Source: Marsupella aquatica (lineage: Eukaryota > Plantae > Marchantiophyta). Taken from it: a stretch of 64,000 bases of DNA. The notes under the pieces are model-generated. The model did not search any database. It was not told where the DNA came from and was given only the letters and a program-made list of their open reading frames with translations. Position numbers and translations under genes: made by a program. Shown one piece after another: positions 1-13,364 of the stretch. Within the stretch, counting starts at the first letter, position 1; each line of letters opens with the position of its first letter. The stretch is taken from contig OZ316895.1 of NCBI GenBank assembly GCA_973895155.1, positions 23,138,558-23,202,557 on the forward strand. Direction: 5' to 3'.

Positions 1-1391
1 AGCACACAATAAGACATTTCAAGAAGAAATAAAATAGAAAGAGATAGATGCCCCGAACGAAAGTAATCACAGATTAAATGAGTCTTTTCAACCAAAGGAC
101 AGCTTAAAGGAATGTAATCACACCGAACGACCATTTTGCGATTAGACAACTAGAAAATAGAGTAAGAACTTCAAAGATGCAGCTCAATGGAGATGAGATG
201 CACCAAGAGTTGTCGTCTTAGATACTGCTGAAATCATGAAATATTCGAGAGCCTTACCTTTAGTCTTGGCCGAAGTCTAGGATTTGAGGGCTGTTGATTC
301 GGATTTGGGGGCTTATCATTGACCTCCTGCAAATCAGATATGCATTTATAGACAAGAGAAACAAATATGCAAAGCAGATATGCATTTCTAAACAAGAGAA
401 GGTTGGGTCTGTTGAATGAGGGCCCATACAAAATAGTATTTACTAAACATTAGTTTGGAAACACGTATGCGCGTCTTTCCATTCAGTCACTATGCATACT
501 TCGCAATGCAACACAAGATAACTTGACTGAATAATTCATGCACAAATTGCCAGCTACAACATACCCTGATTCCTGGCGGCTTCTCTCCTCATTCCAGCAT
601 AGTTATAACCTGAACTTTGAACAAATGCATATATGTGAAAGCTGTAGAAGTGCAGACGTATTTAAAACTGAAAATACATTTCAGAGTGAGACTTCCTTCT
701 ATTCCTTTGACTAAAGTAAGACAACGAAACATGTCACGTTTGAAGGGACACATACATCTGAAACATATGATTGAGAATGAGGTGCGTCAATGGCAAAGTT
801 GGTTGACCAAGACACGACAGGTTTCACTGCAATTCCACACATCCATATTAAAACAACGAAGCCTTTCTTGCACAACGTTGCAGCTTAGAAATTTTCATAC
901 AATAATAAGACATAGGACGAAGATGAGACATATATAGATACGTCTCAAACCCATGTATGTACATCAGAGTGCCTTGCACATTCACAAATCAGTTGGAGAG
1001 TGACCATGCCAAACTAGCCTCCCATTTTTTGAACTTTGATGTAATATAGGAAAGGTGGCCAAATGATGGTACTTTTAGGAGACCTCCAAGTGTTTGTTAG
1101 GGTCTTTCAAAAAAGTACCCACACTAGGGAAAGCACCTTGATGTCCACTGTTGTAGGTTCTAGCCGAAGAGTTTGGCGCCAATCCAAAGTTTGTTTGCTG
1201 CAAGTGAATAGCTCGCGAACGAGCAGTTTTTTGGGAGAAGCGTATTGTTCATTAATGAAGAGAATTTGACCACCAGGCAGTTTCAAATTATGAACACTGC
1301 ATCCACATCGTCAAAATGTGATACGGAGAAAGCAAACACTTTCAAGGCTGCCAATGCATAGAAAGTTAAGAAACTACCTTGGTACTAATTG
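1..1391 (-). pseudogene. Inverted partial duplicate of the local PEX14 gene (source ~10499-11845, exons plus introns); probably continues left of the window
   Basis: The reverse complement matches 10499-11845 closely. ORF 234..431 contains QEVNDKPPNPNQQPSNPRLRPRLK, compared with QEVNDKPPNPNQQPSNPRLQPRLK at 11508. ORF 1063..1269 mirrors ORF 10529..10828. Introns are retained. Confidence 0.92.
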
Positions 1392-1769
1392 GTCATAGTT
1401 GCCTCTTGGGCTGGAGTTAGTTGTGGAGTCTTCTTTGGCTCTCCATGTGAGCTTCCTCCCGATACAATGTCCAGGATCCATTCTTTAAGTTTTGGGATGA
1501 AATATATCTGAAAAAAGTGGACAAATTAGTTATGTTTAGTAGGCACGTCTTCTTTGGATGTCAAAGTCTTTGTAACTGAGTTGTACGGAATTCAAAATGA
1601 GAAAGTGGAATCCAGGATCCCATTAATGCATGTGGAAGCCAACTAACTTCCCTTCAAAGCAGACACTAATACGTTGATCACAAATGTCAATGAGAAACAC
1701 AGTGTCTCACAAGCCTATTTTGTGACTTTGAAGTAAGACGTTGGTAAAACACTACATAGTATGAGCAGT
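1392..1769 (-). pseudogene. Second inverted PEX14 fragment (source ~9140-9507: intron 3 and start of exon 4)
   Basis: gtcatagttgcctcttgggctggagtt matches the reverse complement of 9481-9507. The match continues to aagtaagacgttggtaaaac...atgag (source ~9140). Source 9508-10498 is missing from the copy. Confidence 0.9.
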
Positions 1770-2715
1770 TTGAGATTTCTGAGTTTGATGGGCTTAGACA
1801 TCAGGAACAGTTTCAGCTCAAGTTTGACAAGACCTAGGCTGGGAGTATTGGTGTCAGCGTAACTGAGGAAGGTCACATCTGTATGGAGTTTAAACCCAAC
1901 TTGGAGAGCACTCGGGAACAATCGACAAGCAGCAGAAGTGGTAGAAGGGATTTCAAGATGAAGGGCAGCCCTGAAATTAGTTTTGTCACTTCCAATGTTG
2001 TTGGTGATGATTGTGTTGACGCTGAGCACCAATCCAGAAGCGGTGAAAGCCCTGACTGACTACTACGCTGCTAGCTGCCCAAGAGCTTAAGCGATCTTGA
2101 CAGCTGCAGTGGAGGCATTGATGGCATCTGATCAATTTATGCCAGCTAAACTTCTCTGGCTGTTCTTCCACGACTGCTTCATCAATGTACCAATTCTCTC
2201 ACCTTCTCTCTATCTCTTCCAAGTCAGTCTCTCGTTTGCTGACCCCTTAGTTTGCTTACTTAGCATCTCTTGCATACTTTTTACACTGTTTCTAATTATG
2301 ATGGCTCTTTTTGGGTGACTTTCCCCTGGACAATATTTTTCATTCATGATTCTTGCTTTCTTGAGTAGCTTGCTCATATTTTGTGGGCAAGCTGCATTTG
2401 ATTCTTCGTCTCCAGCAGTCACAAAAACTTCCACATCATTCAGCGTGCTTTGAAGCAGTATATATCAGATACTAATTAAGAACTAGTAAAGTGAAGATTG
2501 TTGCAATCCAAACGTTGAAAAAATCCCACATCTGTTTCTATGTGGCAGGACTGTGATGGATCACTCCTCATCGACCCATCTGTGAACAACAGCAATCCGA
2601 AGAAAACTGACCCTGCGAATGCCTCGGTTGACGGATAGGCAGTGATTGATGCTGCAAAGTTTCGTGCGTTTGTCTTGGAACTGTCTCGTGCGCCAACATT
2701 GTGGCACTTGCTACA
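1770..2715 (+). pseudogene. Class III peroxidase 5' fragment (upstream region, exon 1, intron 1, most of exon 2); inverted copy of ~28800-29704
   Basis: Encodes [17 protein letters not shown] and [10 protein letters not shown] with stops and deletions (gagcttaag, ggatag). Collinear with the reverse complement of the peroxidase gene at 28800-29704. Confidence 0.92.
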
Positions 2716-3529
2716 TCCTAGAAGACTCTTTAGATTACTCGTTTACTGGGGGGACAACTTTATTCAGTAATCAAATTTATGGATAGGTTTCACCTTCCAT
2801 TTTAACAAGAATGTCTTGTATGGAAGTAAAACATATGTTTATGAATTGTGAATGAATTCAGGAGATTCCTTTTGGTGACTGAGTTTGATCACAAGCTTTT
2901 GAGGTTCACGTCAAATTCACTGTTAGGCTTGCTCGCTGTGACGAGATTCACTAGCCAATTAGAGAATAGATATTTGAATTGGAAGGAGCAAAATTCCATT
3001 TTCAGAGTATCAAAGTATCGTTGTTTTACTTTGACATATGTATTAGAGTTTGATTTGAGTTGCAAATCATTGACAATCAAACCATGTTGATGACATTTTG
3101 ATATGTATCTCAGTAAAATCAACTAGAAATGTATTGTGGGTTTGGTGAGCAAAAGAGTCTTCTATTTCACATCCTTTTAGCGGGCCTTTTAGTTCCAAAA
3201 GGAGAGTGAATATGCTATGATAATTTTAATCGTTGTCTATACTAAGACCATAGTCCTTTTTGAAGGAGTGGCAATAGCAAATTAAAACAAATCTGATCTC
3301 AATTTAAACTTCGTTTTGATCCATAACTCAAGAGTTTACTTTTCCTTGTATTTTTGTTAATTTAATTCTTTTTGGAAGTTTGAGAAGTATAGAGCAAGAG
3401 CTCTAAATCACTCAACACTGTTAATTCATTCAATCTATTCCAAATTTGTTTTTTATTATAGGGACCAAATTTTGAGTTTATATAGGAAATATGTTACTTT
3501 GTGTTCTTCTGGCCATACGACATTATTTA

Positions 3530-4150
3530 TGGGATTGCATGGCCGTAAAACATGCACCCTCCTCTCGGGAAAAATACAATTGCACTTCCTTTGGCAAGAC
3601 CTCCGCCCAGCCCCCCATGTGTCATCCTTAGTGGGGATGACGTTGACTGGATCAACCTCCGGTTCTTTGGCTTCCTCCTGCCCCCCCTTCCATTCTCAAC
3701 AGTCTTCCTTTGTGCCGTTGATCGAGTCCTCTTTGCTAGGGTAGTTTTGTCACCTAACGCCCCTTTCCTTTTCGTGGTGGCTACTCCTGATGACTCCCCA
3801 AGTACCGCCCCCTTTGTCCACGCTGTCGTTGGGGCCGTCGTGTTCCCTTTTACCATTTCATGTTCCTCGTTGCAGCAGTTGATGGCTTCACAGATGCCGA
3901 CAATTCTGTCCTTGGAGAACAGTATTTCGTCAAGCTGGTTAGCCGAGGGCGTCCACAAGAACTTGTCCTTGATGAGTTCTCCACCGTCGATGAATGCAAA
4001 CTTCTGCAGCTCCCATAACCTAGCAAGTTCTTGTCTTTCTCTGGCGGCTCTTTCCGGTTCTTCCTCTTTGTAAGTCCCGATGAACTCAATTGCCCGCTTG
4101 AATAGGCATCTTCAAAATGTGCCACTTGATTAATGTTGCTCATCCCCGTC
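3530..4150 (-). mobile_element. Frameshifted GC-rich ORF remnant, possibly transposon-derived
   Basis: Overlapping minus-strand ORFs 3527..3958 and 3850..4143 read as one charged/basic protein (RAARERQELARLWELQKF...KRKGALGDKTTLAKRTR) within AT-rich flanks. No recognisable domain. Confidence 0.25.
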
Positions 4151-7100
4151 TGGTGTCAATTCTTGGTGCTTGCTTCCTTCCGCCGTGCTTTCCTAATTTG
4201 CTGTCAGTTTTGGCTGGTCTCGTTCACTCCTTGGAAGACGATTGTCAGTAGTCGAGAAGGAGTTGTTGACCCTGATGAACAGTCCTTACCCCCCTGCTTC
4301 TTGTCATGTAGGGTTGGACGGCTGCTGCCAATGGTGCCTAACGTACCCTAACCCTACTTGTACGAGAGCTGTTGTTGACACGCCCTCATTTCCTACTTCG
4401 GCTTAGGTTCTGTGGTTACACTTTAATTGTTTAAGTTTTTCCCCTTTTTCCCTTGTAACTGATGTAAACAGTATATACAACCCATGTTTAACCCTTGAAT
4501 GCCCTAGTGATTCCTGGCTAGGCATCACAACATACTTCAGTCTTTGAGTTCTTTTGCAATTTTGCTTCATTTTATTTTTGTCTACGTGCTTTTCTCTCCT
4601 TTCTAAAGGTCTTGAAATATATACACATTGTTTTAGTCCAAATATCTCATACAGAACAACTCCAATTGTTTGTTTGGCATGAAGTGGCTCTTAATGTCAT
4701 ATTCTTCCCCAAAACAAGGCAAAGAACTCCAATTGTTCGTTTGGCCATGAAAAGGTTCCTAACGTCACATACGAGTCCACATCAAATGGTACTCGTGTGA
4801 ACTCAAAATGTGATAACCATCAAATGAGAAAATTGCTAGCCTAAACAACAGACCAATAATACTGGTGTCTCATCCTTGGTCAGGTCTCAGCCCTCCTCAT
4901 AGGAATAGCCCCTGCAATAATGACAAATTGCTACCACACTTTAGACCCCAATGCAAACCAGAAAATATATGCCTACCACCATTTCAACAGTACATAAATG
5001 CAAGAATCCAAATCCATAAACTAACTTGAAGTATGTTAGCCACGGTCCATTATGGAGGTGTCACTCCGCAAATACACTGACCACTCACCTGTGCAGACTC
5101 CCCGAAATAATTGATAAATTTCAATTACAACAATCATAGACACACAAAATATGTTTACATTTCCCCATGCATATTTTCTACCTGTAGAACACTTTCTAAT
5201 TGAGATATGTTACCTGACTTCTATGGAGGTGCAACCCCATAAATATGCTCACTCGTCCTGTCCTTCCAGTTAGTAGTCCAATCAACCAATACTCGTGTTC
5301 GGGTTGTGAAAATGGAGCCTGCTACCATTTATTTAGAGATAGGGGCCATCATTGCGAAACTATCCCTCCAAAATCAGCCCCTATATGCTCTCTTTAAAGA
5401 TGGCAGGCTCATTTGACTTAGGGGTGGAGATGCTCTTATAAACTTTGTCAATATGTAAACCGCTTTGTCCACTTATGTGAACTGCAGAAACGTGCAATTC
5501 TTGTCATGTGGAACAGAAAGGGAAGCAGCTTCTCCCTTGCAGTTATCCAAGTATTTCACTTGTACAAGGTAGGGTTGACTATAATAGCAGGGTAGGGTCT
5601 AACTGTAATAGCAGTAGGGTAGCACACCAAAAGTGCCCATGTCCATAAAGCTGCTTTGACATGCTTTCCTATCTGGGCTTTGACCCTACTCCTGAAGGAA
5701 AGAGTTCCTGGTTAGTGTACAAATGCTGACAACATTACTAATCACACTAACCTGAGTGCCTGTTTGTTGAACATATAGACCCGATAATATTCAAGCCCGC
5801 TGTGCCATTTCCAGAGCTTCATCCTGGCCCAAATCCCAATTTTTCACTCACACCTCCAACTTCAGTTACACTCCCAGAGTCATGGTCTAGAGGCTCACTC
5901 TAGTAGCTCTTATTGCAATTGTATACTTAGTTAGGTGGGTGTGGGTGTGGGGGTGGTGTATAAGTGTGTATATTTGGGGTGGAGGCAATCTTCAGAAGGG
6001 CACATGGAAAGGTATGTTGATGACCACTTTCTGTCATCCCATACTGGTCCCTCCTAATCTCAGCTCTATGTGGAAATCTACAGTAGAAATAGTTACTTAT
6101 TGAAAATTCGAGTCCTTTGAGTCAAGATTTTAGGTAGTGTTTATGAATTGGAAAAAAACCTTTACAATGCATATTTTAGGAATATTCTAAGCATTGTGAT
6201 GTAAAACACTCTTTATTTAGAAGAGTTATTTATGAAATTGCTCCACAAAGTAATGCTTGGATAGACACCCTTCTGACCAGGACGGACTAGGTTACTTTTG
6301 ACAAGAAAAGTATGGATTTTCTTACTACAAAAACTTGCTACGTGAGTACAAAAAAGCTTTTTCTGTGGTCCATCTGGGTTTAGCAGGTCCATCTTGGGAA
6401 TTTGTCCAAAAGTTGAGGTCCATTGGGGCCATTTGAGCTATAATTTGAACAGAAAGAATAAAGTTAACTCTCTCTAAGTGCACACTCTCTGAAAGACAGA
6501 CACACTGTGCACTAAACCAGTTTAGAAAGGGTGCACTTAACAATAAATGCAACCTGATGGGATTGTGCGCTTATTGATATGTGCATGCCTTTCCTTAGTA
6601 GAATATCACTTATCCAAGGGGTTTGAACTTACAAACTTGTCATTCAAAGAAAATGTTTTTTAGCCTTTTGCACTTAGAAAGGTGCAAAAGTGCAAACTCC
6701 CTGTAAAATAAAAGGGAAGAACAGAATTCCTTGCGTTTATGGAGTTTGAGCTTCGAACAAGATGAGCCGACAGAAATCGAATCTTCGTTGAGAGAAGAAA
6801 ATCTTCGTCAGCTGCACAAATCCACAATATCCACGATACACTTGTGTAATCCTTGAAGTGCATCGCCGATCGCCCAAATCCTCGATTCACTCGGTGTCGT
6901 CCAGCGCCATCGTGAAGGGCAGAGGTGCGCACGGAATTCAACATTGCTCTATGTTGGTCTAGGTGCGATCACGCAAACTATGCTTCATTAGGCTCTACGA
7001 CCCTTGATTGGTTTCCTTTTCGCTGTTGAGACCTTGTCTCCTGATTTTGGTGTCCGTTGTACTTTCTGCAAAAGTTGAATGCACACAATTCAATAAGTTT

Positions 7101-8016
7101 TCTGCGTTGTGGGGCAATCTCTGTGCATGCTGGCTGAGGAGAGGCAGAAAAAGAGCGAGGGCCGGTAGTCCATGAGAGTTGGTCGGTAAAGAAGGCTCGT
7201 GTAGAGACTTGCTGCAGCATGTCACGAGAGCTGTTGTCATGGAACGGTCTCTTGTCTGAGCTCTTTTCTAGTGGGAACCACTGTTTCCGGTAACGCGGTT
7301 CGGAGTGTTCCACTCTGTTTACCGTTGTGTCCAATGATGCAATTAAAGTGCTGAATCTCCAGAAGATCGAAAATTTGAGTAATTTCTCTGGAGTGGGTTT
7401 CTCGACCGAGGCTCTTTCGGAATGGGAGTCTTCTTTAGTCCACCAGTTTAGGGTTGTGCTCTGGTTTAGTGCGTTTCCACCAGGTTTTCACTGTTGCGAG
7501 AGATTGCCTTTGTTTTCAGCTGCGATTTCTTCGTCAGGATGATAGTTGTATCTGGTCGTGCGATTTCCATTTTAGTGGTGAGGATACACTCACAAGAGAT
7601 ATCTACTACTCTCCACTCTCCCTTGTCCCATCCCTTGTCTTGGTCAACTTGATTCTTGGTGCAGGGTGGACAGCCGTCGCTCTGTATCTAGAGTCTTTGC
7701 GTAGGCTTCCGAATTCTTATTGGCTGATTTCTGGGATTTTGGGGGCCCCTTGTGAATTAAGACACTTGTTAGTTTCCCCCGAGCAAATTCTGATTAGCGG
7801 TCCATTGGACGGGACGGGTCTAGTGGAATGATGCCTGGAAGTTTTTTCTTGTAGGTGTGAATTGTAGGTGCTGAACTTGCTCCTTCTTTCCGGGACTAAC
7901 TAACTTTGCCTTCTATGACTGGATGTTGTCGAATGAACAGTGAAATTCACTGGCATTCTAGCTCTGCAATTCTCTACTAAGCGGGATCACGAGTGTGGTG
8001 AAGTTGGTTTTCAGCG

Positions 8017-11000
8017 ATGGCTACCGTAACGGAGCTTCCTGGCGGTACGTCCACAGATACAGCACTCCCAACAGGGGATGCAACAGGGCAGGAGAAGAGT
8101 GACACCTGGCGGTTTATAGAGCCACAGCAGATAAGGGAAGATCAAGTCGAAAATGCCGTCAAGTTTCTCTCTCATCCCAAAGTAAAAGGGTCACCTGTGG
8201 TTTACCGGCGTTCATTTTTAGAAAGGAAGGGTCTCTCAAGGGAGGAAATTGATGAAGCTTTCCGCCGTGTCCCAGTAAGTTTTCACTCTTCGTTTATGTT
8301 CTCTTCAAGCGTTTGAGAGCTATCCCTCATTTTCATAAATCTAGTGGGTTCAAGTACGGGTTGTCATTTGCATTCATGAGAATTGGGCGTCTAGTTACCT
8401 TTTTGCTTGAAACAAATGATCGCACCTACCGGTTATGAGAGAAGGACCATCTTGAACTGTGTTATTGGCTCGTCGCAGGATCCTCCTTCAGATGCTTCAC
8501 CTACTACTGTACCAGCAGCAGGTATTGCTGACCATCTTTCTTTGTGGGTTGTGTGCACTATTCCTGTGGATACCTCGATGTGCACAATCGTTGAAACTGG
8601 TGCATTCTAATCTGATCACACCATCTTATGCCCACTTAATAGGCGGGTGGATTGCTCTTCCTCAGACTGTCCCGGTTTTGATGACATTCATGAAATCATA
8701 GAAGTCTCGACTTACATTTTTCTGAGTTTCAAACAAGAAAGTGGATAGAGCAAACGATTGGGCAAGATTATTGGGGTAAAGTTTTGGCTAGGTTTGTCCA
8801 CGGCTAGAAAATGTGTGGAGCATTGACTGTTGAATCAATGCTGTTCCTCAAGCAGGATCTATAGGAACTGTCAGTCCTCTCGTTCAAGGGGCTCAGACAG
8901 CAAAGCCAGTGGCGCAGGTGAACAGTGTGCAACAGGCATCTAAACCCCGTAGCTGGGCACAAATGCTTCTTGCTCTAGGTGTCCTTTCAGCAGCAGGGGC
9001 TGGGGCAGGAGTTCTCACTAAGGTATGGAAAATTTTAGATCACTTAATTGAATTTCGATCACCTCATTAGCTGTAACGCATTAACTAAGATATTCTCTAG
9101 TTTAGGGTATATACTGACATTAGCAGCGGATGTTTACTCCTCATATGCTGTACTGTTTTACCAACGTCTTACTTCTAGATCACAAAATAGGCTTATGAGA
9201 CACTGTGTTTCTCATTGACATTTGTGATCAAAGTATTAATGTCTGCTTTGAAGGGAAGTTAGTTGGCTTCCATATGCATTAATGGGATCCTGGATACCAC
9301 TTTCTCATTTTGAATTCCGTACAATTCAGTTACAAGACTTCGGCATTCAAAGAGGATGTGCCTAAACGTAACTGATTTATCCACATTTCAGAAATATTTC
9401 ATCCCAAAACTTAAAGAATGGATCCTGGACATTGTATCGGGAGGAAGCTCGCATGGAGAGCCAAAGAAGGCTCCACAACCAACTCCAGCCCAAGAGGCAG
9501 CTATGACTGCAGCTGCAGCAGCAGCTGCTGCTGCTACAGCAGCAACACAAGTGGCTGCAGCAATGCAGGAGATAGCAAAGTCTAAATCTGAAGGTGAGAT
9601 CTTGTGAAAGTAGATAGTGAATCTTAGAATACGTCTTTCTTCAGAGTATACTTTGCAACTAATATTTCTGCATTTGTCACAATACTGAAACCGGGACTCA
9701 ATGTTGATGTCAGTCCAGCCCACCCTAGGCATTTGTGTTGTTTCAGTCAGACGATCTGGAATTTATGGACATTGCTTACTTGCCAACGCTAGTAATTTGG
9801 CTTGAAGCGTATATATGACTGGGTTGATGAATTATCTCATTAACGATGGAAATCACAGGGGTGTTTGTATTTAAGTATTTGGCTACAAATTTCCTGGATG
9901 AACAGACCGCAGGTCACTGGACAGTATCGTCAGAGCTGTGGAGGTTCAAACACAAGAGCTGAAGAGTACTTTAGCAGGGATGAAGGATATCGTGCAGAAT
10001 CTAGAAGTTACGAAATATCAACGCCCTGTTACCAATAGCCTCCAATCTAACGGAGTTGGTATCGAAGATTCTTTTAAAGGTCAGGGTAAAATCTGTCACG
10101 TACCATCGAGTCTCCTATTATTCATAATCGTACAAGAATTTCTATCACAAATCAAATTTTGTGGCAAAAAGTTCCCAATGTTTCTAGTTTTCTTTGATAT
10201 TACTGTAACTCTGTCATTCACTGTGGTGTTTGCCAGCTTAGCCTTTAATTCATGGATGTTGTGGGAGGTCAATATTGATGGCAAGACAATTGTAATTTTT
10301 CAAATTATGGCCAGGGCTGTGAAGGCTTCATGTTAATCACATTATCATGCTTTTGACATTTTTTTTCTAACCGTCTAGCCTTTATCGCAATCCTACCTGT
10401 GCGAATTTCTAATGACGCTAACTCCCTGTTTATTATATTTCCTCCTTATCAGGTCAGGCAAATGGTGGGAGGCTCACGTCGGTATCCGAAAGCCGCTCAA
10501 TTAGTACCAAGGTAGTGTCTTAAACTTTCTATGTATTGGCAGCCTTGAAAGTGTTTGCTTTCTTCCTGTCACATTTTGACGTTGTGGATGACTTGTTCAT
10601 AATTTGAAACTGCCTGGCGGTCAGATTCTCTCCATTACTGATCAATACGCTTCTTCCCAGAAAACTGATCGTTAGCGAGCTGTTCACTTGCAGCAAACAA
10701 ACTTTGGAGTGGCGCCAGACTCCTCGGCTAGAACCTACAACAGTGGACATCAAGGTGCTTTCCCTAGTGTGGGTACTTTTTTGAAAGACCCTAACAAACA
10801 CTTGGAGGCCTCCTGAAAGTACCATCATTTGGCCATACCTTTCCTATATTACATCAAAGTTCAAAAAATGGGAGGCTAGTTCGGGATGGCCACTCTCCAA
10901 CTGATTTGTGAATGTGCAAGGCACTCTGATGTACATACACGGGTTCGAGACGTATCTATATACGTCTCATCTTCGTCCTATGTCGTATTATTGTGTGAAG

Positions 11001-12553
11001 ATTTCTAAGCTGCAACGCTGTGCAACAAAGGTTTCGTTATTTTAATTAGGATGTCTGGAATTGCAGTGAAACCTGTCGTGTCTTCGTCAACCAACGTCGC
11101 CATCGACGCACCTCATTCCCAATCATATCTTGATGTATGTGTCCCTTCAAACGTGACATGTTTCACTGACTTGCTTTAGTCGAAGGCATAGGAGGAAGCC
11201 TCACTCTGAAATGTGTTTTCGGTTTTAAATACGTCTGCACTTCTACAGCTTTCACACATATGTATTTGTTGAAAGTTCAGGTCATAGCTATGCTGGAAAG
11301 AGGAGAGAAGCCGCCAGGAATCAGGGTATGTTGTAGCTGACAATCTGTGCATGAATTATTCAGTCAGGTTATCTTGTGCTCCATTGCGAAGTAGGCATCA
11401 TGACTGAATGGAAAGTCGCGCAGACTTGTTTCAAACTAATGTTTATTAATTAGTGTTTCGTAAGGGCCCTCGTTCAACTTTCTCTTGTTTATAAATGCAT
11501 ATGTGCTTTGCAGGAGGTAAATGATAAGCCCCCAAATCCGAATCAGCAGCCCTCAAATCCTAGACTTCAGCCAAGATTGAAGGTAAGGCTCGAACATTTC
11601 ATGATTTCAGCAGTATCTAAGACGACTCGGTGCATCTCATCTCCATTGAGCTGCATCTCTGAAGCTCGTACTATGTTCTCCAGTTGTCTAATCGCGAAAT
11701 GGTCTTCCGGTGTGATTACATGCCTTTAAGCTGTCCTTTGGTTGAAAAGACTCATTTAATCTGATGCTTTCTCTGTGATTACTTTCGTTCGAGGCCTCTA
11801 TCTCTTTCTATTTTATTTCTTCTTGAAAATATCTTATTGTGCGCTTGAAGCTGGTTGACGTCTGCAATCTAGGTCATAAACAACTCATACATATCTTTTC
11901 ACATTTTGTGGATTCCTTGCATGCAGCCATGGGAGAAGGCTGCACTTGAGTCCCAGTCAAGTTATCCTGGTGCTGGTGCTGGTGACGAAACCATACAATC
12001 TGTTCGGCACAATGAAAGTTGGCCTACAATAAACACTGATTTGACAATCGGTTCAGGCACATCAAGTTCCTCAGAACCATGGTGGCGCAAGAAAGGTGAC
12101 ACAGATGCTAGCCTTAGTTCAAGTTCAGTGAAGATAACAGAGGTTGTGGCCACAGAGGTGGACATTGGAGCCGTACAAGTTGTTGGTCAAGCTAGCAGCT
12201 CTTCATCCTCGTTGCAAATTGGTGGAGGACGGGCTAGTTGGGTGCCACCTGCTGTGCCGTTGCCAGTTTACCCAGGTGCGGAGGAAGCTATTAGGCGTCC
12301 GAAACCTGCAGCAGGAGGAATGCCCATTCGAGTACCGGGTGGAGCTGAAAGTGTGTCAGCTGCAGGTGCATCTAGCTCTATCCAGAGGGACGGAAGCCCT
12401 GCTCAAGCAGATTCTATCCAGTCAAATAGTGAAGTTCCTGAGCAGCGGGACGAAGTTCCAGATGAGCAAGAACCAGAGTACCTGGATAGGAGTTTGGTAG
12501 ATTCCAATCGCACATTTAAGGACGTGGTTGCGGAGGAAGGGGATCACCAGTAA
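8017..12553 (+). CDS. PEX14: Peroxisomal membrane protein PEX14; exons 8017-8274, 8479-8521, 8856-9022, 9392-9593, 9906-10085, 10453-10511, 10694-10754, 11067-11134, 11281-11325, 11514-11582, 11927-12553
   Basis: Pex14 N-domain IREDQVENAVKFLSHPKVKGSPVVYRRSFLERKGLSREEIDEAF; hydrophobic segment WAQMLLALGVLSAAGAGAG; coiled coil; plant C-terminal motif PHSQSYLD/VIAMLERGEKPPGIR/EVNDKPPNPNQ...KPWE. GT-AG boundaries keep phase. The exon 5 donor could alternatively be 6 nt earlier. Confidence 0.93.
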
Positions 12554-13364
12554 GAATTTTTTTAGTCTTACTTTGTAGAGATGAGTGCGGTGTGCTAAAA
12601 GGCTATATTTTGTTTAGAGCCTAGTGTGTACTCTCTGAAGTGGACAATGCAAGTGTGCATGCTGCCCCTAGGTATGCTGTAAAAGCTGGATTCAAACTGG
12701 TAACTAAATACTGTACATTTGTTTTCTGTCCAGAGTACTTGTGGAGTTTGTATGGTGATGATGTGTGGAACGCAAATATGCAGAGTCACCTTCAAAAAGC
12801 TATCGCCACCTTAAAATAATTCCAAAGGATGTACCAAAAAGATGGATTTTGTGACAGTATTGAAGTATTCGAATGCTGTTAACTAACAATTGAGAAGTGC
12901 ACATCTACGTCGGATTCAACTTCAACATTGAAAAGAACGTACAATTTAAGGATATTGCCCGAAGAATTGAGTCTCAAGGTCTTTGGGAAGCACATGATTA
13001 CTTTCGGGATTTTGTTGGTGAAGATTCGGTAGGAAGTTTGACCTTGATTGATATTTACGTCTTTCCTTTTTTGTGGGGTGGAAAGAAGGATGTCCTATCA
13101 CCTGTTTTCCTTTGCATATCGATTGGTGAACTAAAAGGTGCCATCAACTGTGGATGAGTCAGCTCTACTCTCAGTCAGGCTTTTGACGATATTGTATAAT
13201 TGTGGTGAAAACGTGTGACGGGATGTAATATCGTATGGAGACTCAACTTGAACAGTTCATCAAATCATTGATGATAGCTTGACTTGCCCGAGACCAAAAT
13301 TAGTTTACAAGGATAGTAGTCACAAAACACATCACTACGTATGCATCCTATATTCTGACAAACA

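Noticed and set aside
2700-2725. Helitron 3' end closing the PEX14/peroxidase mosaic (catcCTAG)
   Set aside because: No GC-rich hairpin precedes the CTAG, and it is followed by A rather than T.
6660-7831. Cluster of ~100-aa ORFs upstream of PEX14
   Set aside because: No recognisable homology; more simply explained as PEX14 promoter and 5' UTR.
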